Shown here in pieces: positions 32,674 to 43,029 of a DNA stretch of 64,000 bases; the first letter of the stretch is position 1, and each line of letters begins with the position of its first letter. A program made the position numbers and the translations under genes. Source of the stretch: Eubacterium sp. GTDB lineage: Bacteria > Bacillota > Clostridia > Peptostreptococcales > Anaerovoracaceae. The notes beneath the pieces were generated by a model. It searched no databases. It worked only from the letters and a program-made list of their open reading frames with translations, and was not told the origin of the DNA. The stretch is from assembly GCA_051893535.1 (NCBI GenBank), contig JBJFHK010000281.1:18219-82218 (forward strand). Reading direction: 5' to 3'.

Positions 32674-33900
32674 TCAGCGCAGGATGACCGTCATTTTCAG
32701 TGAATGGCCGTCTTCTGAAGAGGCTGAGATTTTCCCGTGATGCATCTCTGCGGCCGCCTTCGCGATGGAAAGGCCGATTCCATAGCCGCCGGTCTCCGCG
32801 TTGTGCGAGGCGTCATCTCTGTAAAACCGGTCAAACAGATGATCCAGATCCCTGGTATTCAGCGGATTGGTTGTGTTTTCAACCGTCAGAATAATTTCCC
32901 TGCGCCGTTTCTGCAGCAGAAGTGAGATTTTTCCGTCTTCCGGTGAATATTTTAACGCGTTGTCAAGGAGAATGGAAGTCAGCTCGTTCAGAATCTTTTT
33001 GTCGCCAAAATACTGGATTCCCGGCTGGATATCCAGGCTGAATTCCTTGTGTTCAACCTTTGCCCGGCTCTGAAAAGACTCTGCCATCTCCTTAACGCAG
33101 GCGGAAAGGTCCATTTCCGCCCAGTTCTGAAGATCTTCCGGGGAAGCTTCTTCCAGTTTGGACAGGCGGATCAGATGGTTGGTCAGATCGGTCAGGCGTT
33201 CCACCTGCCTGTGAATGTCGCTGCACCACTCGTTCTCCCCGTTCTCCATTTCCAGCACCGCCAGATCCGCGTCGATGACCGTCAGCGGCGTCTTGATCTC
33301 GTGGCCCGCGTCCGTGATGAAGCGTCTCTGCCGCTTATAGCTTTCGTAGGCCGGCTGCATTGCCATTTTCGACAAAAAGAGAATAAGAACGAAAACGGCT
33401 GCCAGACCCGCAAGGGAGACAAGGAAACTGTCGGTCAGGAAATCTTTGAAATTGTCCAGTGACCGCCCACAGTCCAGGAAGCACACGGCTGTCTGCCCGC
33501 TTCCGATTTTCGTGATCATAAAGCGGTAGTTTTTATAAAATCCGGTCGTATGGCCGGACTGCCGGACTTTTTTCGCGAACTTCACCGCCTGTTTCTGATT
33601 GACCGAAGCAATCTGTTTGATATTCACAGATACAGTCTTTCCCGAACTGTTCAGGATGACGGAAAAATAGCGGGATTCAAAGGGAGTTTCCCGATTCATG
33701 CCGTTTTTCTTCTGGCTGAACTGATCAGAATCCGTGGGAATCTGCCCCTGATTATCAGAAATCATGGTCAGAATGCTGTCTGCCTGCGTAGAAATGCGGT
33801 GGTAATTGATAATGTTGGCCGCGCTGATGATTACAAACAGGACCAGAAACATCGCCAGGATAGAAACAGCGATAAAACGGACACGAAGACGGCGGATCAT
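32674..33900 (-). CDS. Sensor histidine kinase
   Basis: Two TM segments; DAGHEIKTPL H-box; LLDNALKY, FDRFYR, GYGIGLSIA. Confidence 0.95.
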   Translation of the reverse strand: MIRRLRVRFIAVSILAMFLVLFVIISAANIINYHRISTQADSILTMISDNQGQIPTDSDQFSQKKNGMNRETPFESRYFSVILNSSGKTVSVNIKQIASVNQKQAVKFAKKVRQSGHTTGFYKNYRFMITKIGSGQTAVCFLDCGRSLDNFKDFLTDSFLVSLAGLAAVFVLILFLSKMAMQPAYESYKRQRRFITDAGHEIKTPLTVIDADLAVLEMENGENEWCSDIHRQVERLTDLTNHLIRLSKLEEASPEDLQNWAEMDLSACVKEMAESFQSRAKVEHKEFSLDIQPGIQYFGDKKILNELTSILLDNALKYSPEDGKISLLLQKRRREIILTVENTTNPLNTRDLDHLFDRFYRDDASHNAETGGYGIGLSIAKAAAEMHHGKISASSEDGHSLKMTVILR

Positions 33901-33902
33901 GG

Positions 33903-34577
33903 TTATTCTCCTTTTCTGAGCAGATAGCCCTCATTGCGGATGGACTGGATGATGACAGCGGCATTCAGAGCCTTGAGTTTCCTCCGTAAATAGGAAATGT
34001 AGACCCATACGACGTTGATATCGGATTCACTGTCCGTTCCCCAGATTTTTTCAAACAGACGCTCGGAAGAGATCGGCCTTCCGGGACTGGTCATCAGGAA
34101 TTCCATAAGCTGAAATTCCTTGCTGCTTAAGCGCATGGACCCGGTTTCTGTACTGATCTCAAAGGTTGACCGGTCCAGGGTCAGATCTTCGAATTTCAGG
34201 CGGACGTTGTCTGCTGTCGGCTGTGTTCTGGTCATGGCGCGGATTCTGGCCATCAGCTCCTTAAAGTTGAATGGCTTGGGAAGATAGTCGTTGGCGCCGC
34301 TGTCCAGGCCGATGACCCGGTCCTCGACTTCGCCTTTTGCAGTCAGCAGCAGGATCGGAATGGGATTTCCCTCTTTCCGGATTTCCTTCAGGACCGTGAG
34401 GCCGTCCATTTTCGGCATCATGATGTCCAAAACAGCCGCGTCGTAATTCCCCGACTGCAGATATTCCAGCGCATCCTGCCCGTTGTAGACCGGGTCCACG
34501 GCGTATTTTTCATGCTCCAGGAGCTTTACCAGTGCTTTTGAAAGTGATTTTTCATCTTCTGCGAGAAGAAGTCTCAT
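33903..34577 (-). CDS. OmpR-family response regulator
   Basis: LLAEDE, LDIMMP, LLTA, YLPKPF, VYISYLRRKL. Confidence 0.96.
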   Translation of the reverse strand: MRLLLAEDEKSLSKALVKLLEHEKYAVDPVYNGQDALEYLQSGNYDAAVLDIMMPKMDGLTVLKEIRKEGNPIPILLLTAKGEVEDRVIGLDSGANDYLPKPFNFKELMARIRAMTRTQPTADNVRLKFEDLTLDRSTFEISTETGSMRLSSKEFQLMEFLMTSPGRPISSERLFEKIWGTDSESDINVVWVYISYLRRKLKALNAAVIIQSIRNEGYLLRKGE

Positions 34578-35405
34578 AATTCTCTGTCTCCAATCTATGT
34601 ATCTGTGATCCGCAGGGCGGCAGTTATCTGCTTTCTGCAGCCCCCCGCTGAATCCTGTTTTCTGTGTTAAATCGCTAGTGATTCATCTTATGATGTTTAT
34701 TATGATTTCAGTATAACAGTAATCTCAGCTTGAAAGTGCCTTTTCCGCGGAAGATTCTGTGAGTTCTGTGCGAATTTCAAGTGGAGGACTGCGGTGATGA
34801 GAAACTGACGGGAAGAAATGTCAGGCCGGCAGATCGTATCCTGTACGGTCCCATACTTGTGTCTGCCGAATTGTCTTTTTCGCCGCATCTGCTGGCAGAT
34901 TTTCTGCGAATGACAGGTGAAGTTGTTGCGGAAAAAGGAGTTTGTGAAATTTTGTTCGGAAATTCCGGAAATACGGGCAGAAAATAACGGGGCAGAATGC
35001 CGGCCAGCCTGTTATTCAGCTGTTTCTGTTTATTATTATCAATTTGGATAAATATGCATATTTTCTCTGGCTTACGTTTTCCAGAAGGGAAAATAATCTG
35101 CTAGGTAAATTGTGATTATGGATTAATTAGCATAATATTCTATTTAAAACGCCTGAAATTACAATAACTGGGTGGCCATGAAGGTGTATGTAATTTCAGA
35201 TTTAAGTTTATCTCCACCTGGAACTGATATCCCGTTGAAAAAAAGATGAATTCCTGCAATTTCCGAACACATTTCGATATTGTGATATATGTAGATGCAA
35301 TATCAAGCCTATAATTGAACATTATGTTAAAATTTGAGCGGCATAAATATGCATCATGCAAGAATGGTCTGTGATAACAGGTGTTTGGCATCAAATAGGT
35401 AAAAT

Positions 35406-35445
35406 ACCGCCGGCCTGAGCGGTCTGCACTGCTCTGGCCGGCGGC
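35406..35445 (-). terminator. Hairpin downstream of the EamA gene
   Basis: CCGCCGGCC.GAGC...GCTC.GGCCGGCGG. Confidence 0.55.
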
Positions 35446-35531
35446 ACTATTTCCATTTCAATTTCAATTCCGGGAATCTGCTGCTCATGAAATTTTCGTT
35501 CAGATCAGCTGCAGATCAGTTCCGCAATAAA

Positions 35532-36653
35532 TTAATCTGCTGTACGGGAAGACGCGTTTCCAGCTGCAGCGTGTTTTGCAGCGGCGGCGCGGCGTCTCTC
35601 CTTCTGATCGTACTCCTTTTTCTTCAGGCGCTCTTTCTCTTCCAGCGCACGTTCCTCCACTTCGCTCAGTGCGTACTCTGCGCGTACAGCCTCCTGATCC
35701 AGTTTGTCCGCGGATTTTCTTCCGGCAAGCATCGGAGGAAGAATATTCGTCAGAGATCCTGCCAGAATGAAGCAGATTCCGATAATCTTGGTGGCCGGCA
35801 TCGGGTCGCCGAGAATCAGGAAGGCAAGGATCGGTGCGAGAACCGGCTTAAAGAAGAATACCAGAGACACGGTATTGACGGAGACGCTCTCCATAGCCAG
35901 GAAATAGCAGGCATAGCCGATTCCCGTAACGCCGATGCAGACGAACAGGAATGCCGGGAGCGTATGCAGCGAGTAGCCCTGGAACATCGGGATTCTGCTG
36001 AACATCGTCAGTCCCAGTCCGTTGAACATATGCGCAACAGCCGGAATGTAAGTCAGAAGCGACAGCACAATCATTTCAATTCCGCCCATCAGGAAGGACA
36101 TGCAGGTATTTACCGTTCCGCCGAATTTTACCGTCGGTTTCTTTCCGCCGACACCATACAGCGCGAACGTAACCGTTGCCAGCATTGTGAAGATGACACC
36201 GGCGATACTGAGTTTCATGTGAAGAATGTTGATGACAAATAAAATTCCGACAAGGTCGAGACCCAGTGATACGATATTGCGCCGGTAAATCGGCTCTCCC
36301 AGGAACATAAACGCGAAGATCATAACGAAAATCGAGTTGCTGGAGAACAGAACCGCGACAACGGATGCCTGTGTATAGACGACAGACAGCTGATAAAGCG
36401 TCATGGAAATTGTGACACCGATCAGACCAAGCATAGCGAACTGAGCAAGGTCACTCTGCGTGATCTTGAGATGGTGCTTGTGCAGGTGGTGCAGAGCCAT
36501 TGGCAGAAGAACGAGTCCTCCGATCAGGAATCTGGTGAACGTCATCTGAACCGGATTGAACGCGTTTCCCAGGCTCTTCAGCGCGATTTCCATGGAACTG
36601 AACAAGATGGTAGTAATGGCGATGTAGATATAACCCTTCTTCAAGAAAAACAC
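35532..36653 (-). CDS. DMT/EamA family transporter with charged C-terminal tail
   Basis: About 10 TM segments; TFTRFLIGG, FLGEPI, FFKPVLAPILAFLILGD. Confidence 0.88.
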   Translation of the reverse strand: MFFLKKGYIYIAITTILFSSMEIALKSLGNAFNPVQMTFTRFLIGGLVLLPMALHHLHKHHLKITQSDLAQFAMLGLIGVTISMTLYQLSVVYTQASVVAVLFSSNSIFVMIFAFMFLGEPIYRRNIVSLGLDLVGILFVINILHMKLSIAGVIFTMLATVTFALYGVGGKKPTVKFGGTVNTCMSFLMGGIEMIVLSLLTYIPAVAHMFNGLGLTMFSRIPMFQGYSLHTLPAFLFVCIGVTGIGYACYFLAMESVSVNTVSLVFFFKPVLAPILAFLILGDPMPATKIIGICFILAGSLTNILPPMLAGRKSADKLDQEAVRAEYALSEVEERALEEKERLKKKEYDQKERRRAAAAKHAAAGNASSRTAD

Positions 36654-36815
36654 CCCTTAATTCGTTTCCAGGATTACAGTTTCTGATGAGTTTGATGATT
36701 ATTTAACGATGTTTTTTTCATCAAACAAACACATTTGCAACTATAACACTTTTTTCAGGGCTTGAAAAGAAGAGATGTGCAGGAATACAGCGCTGAAAAT
36801 TACTATTTTCAGGCG

Positions 36816-37367
36816 TTAGCCGCGTAATTTCGCTTCATCTGTGCCCATATTCGCCAGTTCGTCAGCGCGGTTGTTCATTTTTGTTACGTATTCAAAATCT
36901 TCGGTCGTAAACCGCGTTCCATTCCAGCTCACGAATTTCTGGTACAGTTTCTGCTTGTTGATTGCCGGAGAATCAATGTTCACGTGTCCTTTTACACGGA
37001 AGAACTGAACATGGTGCTGACGCACCAGAGCAAGAAGCTGTTTCCACAGCTCCTGATTTTCAACCGGTTTTTTCTGTGACGTTTTCCAGCCGTTTTTCTC
37101 CCAGTTTTTATACCAGCCGTTCCGGAAACAGTTCATTACATAAGAGCTGTCAGAGAACATCTCAACATCAAGCCCCGTCCTCTTCAGCGCAGAAAAGGCC
37201 TGAATGACAGCCATCAGTTCCATCCGGTTATTGGTCGTGTCTTTCTCTCCTCCGTGCAGTTCCTTGCGGTGTTCTCCGAATTCCAGAATGGCGCCCCATC
37301 CCCCGAAATTCTTTTCGCTCTGGTTTCCCGAGCATGCTCCGTCTGTATACATTCTTAAAGTGGTCAT
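36816..37367 (-). CDS. rnhA: Ribonuclease HI
   Basis: YTDGACSGN, TTNNRMEL, SDSSYV, VKGH, NNRADELA. Confidence 0.95.
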   Translation of the reverse strand: MTTLRMYTDGACSGNQSEKNFGGWGAILEFGEHRKELHGGEKDTTNNRMELMAVIQAFSALKRTGLDVEMFSDSSYVMNCFRNGWYKNWEKNGWKTSQKKPVENQELWKQLLALVRQHHVQFFRVKGHVNIDSPAINKQKLYQKFVSWNGTRFTTEDFEYVTKMNNRADELANMGTDEAKLRG

Positions 37368-37488
37368 TGTTTCTGTCTCCTGATTTCTGGCGTTCTAGTT
37401 CTATGAATAAGATATCGGTCTGGATGCCGGTATCTGTGCTTTTGCAGGTGCTGCAGCTTTTATCTGATCTTCCGCTCTTCTGCTGCGG

Positions 37489-37638
37489 TTTTCGGGCAGC
37501 GAGCGGCGCGTTTCAGTTCGTCGGCCTCTTGCCGTCAAGATTTTCGGGCAGCGAGCGGCGCGTTTCGGTTCGTCGGCCTCTTGCCGTCAAGGTTTTCAGG
37601 CAGCGCGGCGCGTTTCGGTTCATCGGCCTCTTGCTGTC
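37489..37638. repeat. 52-bp tandem repeat, about 3 copies
   Basis: Unit TTTTCGGGCAGCGAGCGGCGCGTTTCRGTTCGTCGGCCTCTTGCCGTCAAGR at 37489 and 37541, degenerate copy at 37593. Confidence 0.92.
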
Positions 37639-37806
37639 GCCGGCGGCAGGTGGATTTTGTCCACGGGCCCTATTATACCGTGTTTTCCGGAAGTGCGCAG
37701 GGGAATTTCCCCGCGGCGCGAGCTGCGGCGGTCTTAAGGGGCGGAAAATGTGGTATAATCCGAGTGTTGCTTAATACAAAATCGGAGAGAGGGGAAACGG
37801 AAATTT

Positions 37807-38607
37807 ATGGGACTTGAGTTTTGCTCATTTGCAAGCGGCAGTTCGGGAAACTGCTATCTGGTACGCTCGGACAGCACATCGCTTCTGGTGGATGTCGGGA
37901 TTGCCGGAAAGCACATTCTGTCGGGGCTGAAAAAATGCGGTATGGAGGCGCCGGATGTGGACGGCATTCTGCTGACTCACGAGCATACGGATCACGTAAA
38001 AAGCATCCGCATGATGGGCCGCAAGGCGTCGAACGCGGAGATTTACTCTACGGCTGGGACGCTGGACTGTGTCCGGGACAAGCTGCCGGAGGAGCGCGCG
38101 ACCGCCATTGACCGGAATCAGCATTTTACCGTGGGAAACATTGATATTCAGGCATTCCCGATCTCTCATGACGCGGCAGATCCGGTGGCATACACATTTC
38201 GCTGCGATGGCAGAACGCTGTCGATCATGACCGACACGGGAATCGTCACCGATGAGATGTTTCAGCATATCCAGCCGTCGGACACAGCGGTTCTCGAGGC
38301 CAACCATGAGGTGAATATTCTGCGCGTCGGGCCGTATCCGTACCCGTTGAAACAGCGGATTTTGGGCGACCACGGGCATCTGTCCAATGAAACCGCCGGG
38401 AACACGGTCTGCAGGCTGCTGGAAGAGCATAAAAGTGACCATATGCCGAGAATCGTCCTGGCTCATCTCAGCCATCAGAACAATACCCCGGAGCAGGCCT
38501 TTCTGACCGTCCGGAACATCTTGTTCGAGGACGATTATTACGTCGGCAAGGATCTGAACCTTTCCGTGGCCAGACGCAGTGAGCCGACCCCGCTGATGAC
38601 GATTTAG
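37807..38607 (+). CDS. MBL-fold metallo-hydrolase (WalJ/YycJ-like)
   Basis: ASGSSGNC, THEHTDH, SHDAADP, LEANH, GHLSN, HLSHQNN; lies upstream of rlmH as yycJ usually does. Confidence 0.9.
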   Translation: MGLEFCSFASGSSGNCYLVRSDSTSLLVDVGIAGKHILSGLKKCGMEAPDVDGILLTHEHTDHVKSIRMMGRKASNAEIYSTAGTLDCVRDKLPEERATAIDRNQHFTVGNIDIQAFPISHDAADPVAYTFRCDGRTLSIMTDTGIVTDEMFQHIQPSDTAVLEANHEVNILRVGPYPYPLKQRILGDHGHLSNETAGNTVCRLLEEHKSDHMPRIVLAHLSHQNNTPEQAFLTVRNILFEDDYYVGKDLNLSVARRSEPTPLMTI

Positions 38608-38688
38608 CCTTGAGAGCTGCAGGAGGTCGACGCCTTGAGAGCTGCAGAAGGCCGACGCCCTGAGAGCTGCAGAAGGCCGACGCCCTGA
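38607..38688. repeat. 25-bp tandem repeat, 3.3 copies
   Basis: GCCYTGAGAGCTGCAGRAGGYCGAC at 38607, 38632 and 38657. Confidence 0.92.
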
Positions 38689-38856
38689 CACCTTGATGGT
38701 GGGCAGTGTTTACGGGTGAATACTGAATACGTACAGGGAAGGCAAAGCTGGAATTGCAGCGTTACCGCATTCAAAAATATAAATATGCGGGGCTGTGGCG
38801 CGAGTATACAAAATACAGTTAAGTTGTCGCCTTAAATTTATATATTATCTTTAGCT

Positions 38857-39336
38857 ATGAATATCACAGTAATCTGTATCGGAAAATTAAAAGAGTCCTA
38901 CTGGAGAGACGCGGTAAAGGAGTATTCCAAGCGGCTTGGAAGCTACTGCAGTCTGGACATCGTTGAACTGAAGGAGTCCAGACTGGCGGCAAATCCCTCC
39001 CCTGCCGATGAACTCGCGGTAAAAGTGAAGGAAGGAGAAGAAATTCTTTCGCATATCCGTCCGTCGTCCTGGGTTGTAACGCTGGAAATTCAGGGGAAAA
39101 AGCTGTCTTCTGAGAAACTGGCGGAAAAAATCGAAGACTGGAGCCTGGAAGGCCGCAGTGATCTGGTGTTTGTAATCGGCGGAAGTCTGGGGCTTTCTCC
39201 GGATGTCAGTAAGAGAGCGGATTTTAAGCTTTCGTTCTCGGATATGACATTTCCGCACCAGATGATGCGGGTGATCCTGCTGGAGCAGATTTACCGGAGT
39301 TTCAAGATTATCCGGCATGAGCCGTATCATAAGTAG
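38857..39336 (+). CDS. rlmH: 23S rRNA m3Psi1915 methyltransferase
   Basis: IGKLKE, FVIGGSLG, TFPHQMMRVILLEQIYR, EPYHK. Confidence 0.98.
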   Translation: MNITVICIGKLKESYWRDAVKEYSKRLGSYCSLDIVELKESRLAANPSPADELAVKVKEGEEILSHIRPSSWVVTLEIQGKKLSSEKLAEKIEDWSLEGRSDLVFVIGGSLGLSPDVSKRADFKLSFSDMTFPHQMMRVILLEQIYRSFKIIRHEPYHK

Positions 39337-39911
39337 AGTGGTCATTGCAGTGAATAGTGCCGATGGTAAAAGCAGATGCCAGTTCTGGAGAACGGATATC
39401 CGGCAGAGGTTGGATTTTTTCTGTGATCTTAAGGGATGGGTAATTTTCAGGTGTTCGTTCAAGAAGATCTTCGACAGGAATAAAGCTGGGTCTGGTTTTC
39501 AGGGTTGGTTTGTGATGGCTGTGTGAATTTTTTCAGGCTGGTTCGTCGAAAATCGATTTTTTTGATAAAGCGCAGAACCGAATAAGTATGCAGCAGAGAT
39601 AATATCGTAGATTTGCAGAAGCAGGGCTGTTACTGCTTACAGGAAATGTAAATTTCAGTCAGATCCCTGCTGCTCAAGCTTTGCTATAGAAAAATCATCA
39701 GTATAAAAAGAGCGAGAGTGCGTATTTCAGCCATTTTGTTCCTTCTTCGGAGAGAAAATTTTTCAGATCATTTGACAATATCGCAACTGAGGGTCTGCAA
39801 AATATAAATTAATCAAGATTTCAACGAACTAAAAAAATGCAAACTCAAATGCAATGAAAAAACATAATTTTATCGGCATAAGTATTGAAAATTTCAGGAG
39901 ACAGAAGAAAA

Positions 39912-40772
39912 ATGAATCAGAAAAACTGCCTGAAGAGGCTGGAAAAATTTGAAAATCAGTGTCCCGACGCCAGTCCGGCCGCATCCACGGCTGAGAAATC
40001 CGCTGCGGGGGATGCGGCTTCCAGCCAGTGCGCAGATGCCGGCAAGACAGATACGGCTACATCTGGAAAACCAGTATTTTACGGAGTCAGCACGGGTCCG
40101 GGCGATCCGGAACTGATGACGCTGAAAGCCGTCCGCTGCATTGAGAACGCAGACGTACTGGCGGTCCCGAGAACTATGAAGAAACATACCATGGCATTGG
40201 ATATCGCCGCGCAGGCGGCAGATATTGAGGGAAAAGAGATTTTGTACCTGGATTTCTCCATGAGCAGAGATCCGGAGCAGCGTGACCGCGAGCACCGTGA
40301 AAATGCAGAAAAGATCGTCTCTTGTCTGCGGAGCGGGAAAACAACGGCTATGCTGGCGATCGGTGATGTCAGTCTGTACAGCACATATGGCTATGTCCGC
40401 GGCGTGGTGCAGGATGCCGGATTTCCGGTGGAGACCGCAGCCGGCGTAAACAGTTTTTCCGCCGCGGCGGCTGTCTCAAACCGCATGCTGACGCAGCCCG
40501 ACCAGCCGCTGATAATCATTCCGGAGCAGTACGAGGACGTTGAAGAGGCTCTGCGCTTTCCGGGCACCAAGGTCGTAATGAAACCGGGCCGCGATTCCGC
40601 ACTCTGGAAGGAGCAGCTGAAAAACACCGGACTTCTGGATGACGCCGCGGTTGTGGTGAACTGCGGCCTCCCCGATCAGGCCTGCTATGAGAAAGCCGTC
40701 GATGCGCCAGAGAAAACCGGCTACTTCACCCTGATTCTGGTAAACAGCAGCGAAGGAAACACCACGTTTTGA
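39912..40772 (+). CDS. cbiL: Precorrin-2/cobalt-factor II C20-methyltransferase with N-terminal extension
   Basis: FYGVSTGPGDPELMTLKA, GDVSLYST, AGVNSF, VVMK, YFTL. Confidence 0.8.
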   Translation: MNQKNCLKRLEKFENQCPDASPAASTAEKSAAGDAASSQCADAGKTDTATSGKPVFYGVSTGPGDPELMTLKAVRCIENADVLAVPRTMKKHTMALDIAAQAADIEGKEILYLDFSMSRDPEQRDREHRENAEKIVSCLRSGKTTAMLAIGDVSLYSTYGYVRGVVQDAGFPVETAAGVNSFSAAAAVSNRMLTQPDQPLIIIPEQYEDVEEALRFPGTKVVMKPGRDSALWKEQLKNTGLLDDAAVVVNCGLPDQACYEKAVDAPEKTGYFTLILVNSSEGNTTF

Positions 40773-41157
40773 ATTGTCTGACAGCGTGCTTATGCGCAGG
40801 GTAATTCTGAGGTGGTCTTTTGCAGGCTTTTTATTGTCTTTTCGTCAGACAGCAGCAGAACATTTGCCTCTTACTATCTACTCTGCTGCCCCGGCTGCCC
40901 TGGTGGACAGCGTAATTTTTCCAGGCTCTGTTCAGTTCTTCCGGCCTGTGATATAAAATAAATTACAGAATATTGTGCTGCGCTTCTTTTTGGATATTAT
41001 TCCTTGGACAATTCCTGAGATATAAAAGACTGAATTAAATGAAAGATTTTCATATAAAATGCCTGCATCATTCGTTTATCACCACGGTCAATTGAAATGT
41101 TTTCCGCAATGAAAATAAGATGAAGGAATAATGCAGGAATAATTTGCGAATATATAC

Positions 41158-41496
41158 TTACTGTTTTACGATGGAAAATTTCTTGGATGCGTCTAAGTAA
41201 CGCATTAAAACACCCATGTTGGCAAAGTAATAATTAAAGCGGTCGACCTTCTTTACTTCTACCAGACCGGACTTTACGAGGCGTTTCATGTGCTGGGAAA
41301 TGGTCGCCTGCGCGTAATCAAACACGCTGGTCAGATCCTTGGTGCAGACGTTTTTCATTTTGCGGTTCTGCTGCATAATGTAGCGGAACAGAAGCAGGCG
41401 TACCGGGTGTGCAAGCGCATCGGAAACGCTGGCGATCAGTTCCAGGTCGATGCCGTCGAGCTGCAGGTCGTAATCTTTGTTCTTGCGAATTCTCAT
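41158..41496 (-). CDS. ArsR/SmtB family transcriptional regulator
   Basis: ALAHPVRL, AQATISQHMKRLVKSGLV; start MRIRK at 41496 after AGGAG. Confidence 0.88.
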   Translation of the reverse strand: MRIRKNKDYDLQLDGIDLELIASVSDALAHPVRLLLFRYIMQQNRKMKNVCTKDLTSVFDYAQATISQHMKRLVKSGLVEVKKVDRFNYYFANMGVLMRYLDASKKFSIVKQ

Positions 41497-43029
41497 AATC
41501 TGATTCTCCTGATTTACAAATTCCGTATTTGCTGCGGGTGTATAAATATCGTTAAATATTAGTAAAAATAAATAGGCTGAACGCAGCTGAATCGGCCGCG
41601 GAGGACGAGCTTTCGCGGTGCCGGGTTCTGAATAAGCAGGTGAAAATGGAAGCCGGAAAGAGTCTGCTGCATCTGCCGCCGATATGCTGCCCGGTTCTGG
41701 CAGATACAGATGAGTGCTGTAATCTGTTTCCTGCTTTGGATATAGAATGGAAATAAAGCGGGCCCACGGATGTTTTCTGCGGAAATGATTCTGGCAGATA
41801 ACGGGTTTTCTCTCTTTATATACTCTCCGGGTATCTTCCTGGATCCTGTATGTGCAGCATTGCTGAAGATGTTTGTAATTGTATTTCATCGTGCATTTGC
41901 AATACACGTATCGCTTATTTACGTTCGCCGATATTTATCATACTACCAGGTAAAAGATTTGACAAGTGAATTGCTTAACGCCGATGCAGGGTGTGGATGG
42001 CAGGAGCCTGGCGGTGAGTCTGACAGAGGGTGGTGATCGGAGTGCTTTATACGGATCTGCAGCTAAAATCGGGATGAAATCGGCTGGCAGAATTTGGGTG
42101 ATGATCTGGCAGGATGGATGCGGGCGCCGGATTTTTTGGGAGCCGGATTTCTGCTGCTGCACACGTTCGCCTGCATATCTTTTTGGCCGGGATGTGGATA
42201 AATATACACTGTGGAAAAGCGGTCCGGAAATGTTTTTGGAAGATCGGACTGTCTGCAGATGTCCGTATTTTTCGTGGAAAAAACTGCGGCATGGATTTTT
42301 GTTTTGTGAAAATCCATGTGGGCCGGATACGAAATATGTTCATCGCTGCTGCCAGGAAGCAGTGAGTGAGCTCGGCCTTGATACGGTGATATATCGCAGC
42401 GAATTTGAATTTTTTAAACGGATCTGGCAGCCGGCAGAATGAAGTCGATTGAAAAAATGACGGAGAGAAAACAGAGATCTCATCTTCAATCCCCCCCGCC
42501 TTTTTCGGCTGCGCAGCTGGATTTTCTACTTCTGTCTGACTTGGTAATATAGATAAGATGACAATATTCAGATAAAAATATGAATGGCTGATTTCTCCGT
42601 CTGGCATATTTGTCTTACATAGATGGGAAAATAATTTCTGGATATTGTATACGCAGAGTGAGCCGGAGCAGATCGGAAAACAGGTGTGATTGGATGGTGA
42701 AATAGATTGATGAGTAGATTTACGAATATAACAGGATAAAAAATACCCGGATTAGATCGTTCGTTCGGATCTTCAGCCGGGTATTTCAGTATTGGTGTGA
42801 TTAATTATTGATGCTGGAATCTCCATACATCTGTGGTCGATTTTGGTAAATATGGAAATTATTTGCCTGATTGCAGAAGATCTGTCTGCCGGACGGCTTC
42901 TCCTGCGGCCTTCCGCTTCTGCCTGTTTTGCGTGATAAATGCGGCGGGCTGGCGGGCTGTCCGCTGCCTGATCAGAGCTGTTTTTCAGGGATCTGCAATT
43001 TTCATCTGTATCGACCGAAAGTATCCACT

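Noticed and set aside
34578-35531. 950-bp spacer between the response regulator and the EamA gene
   Set aside because: I saw only one inverted repeat (CTGAAATTACA..TGTAATTTCAG, about 35153-35199) and a terminator; no supportable ORF or RNA family.
37489-38688. Tandem repeats as a possible CRISPR array
   Set aside because: Units are contiguous with no unique spacers, and there are no cas genes.
39319-39336. rlmH 3' end (GAGCCGTATCATAAGTAG) resembles the SCC/orfX integration site
   Set aside because: No recombinase follows and I found no second copy of the sequence downstream; the site appears empty.
41497-42607. ORFs in the ArsR upstream spacer, including the 249-aa extended ArsR
   Set aside because: They have atypical composition, overlap on both strands and lack an RBS; the real ArsR start is 41496.
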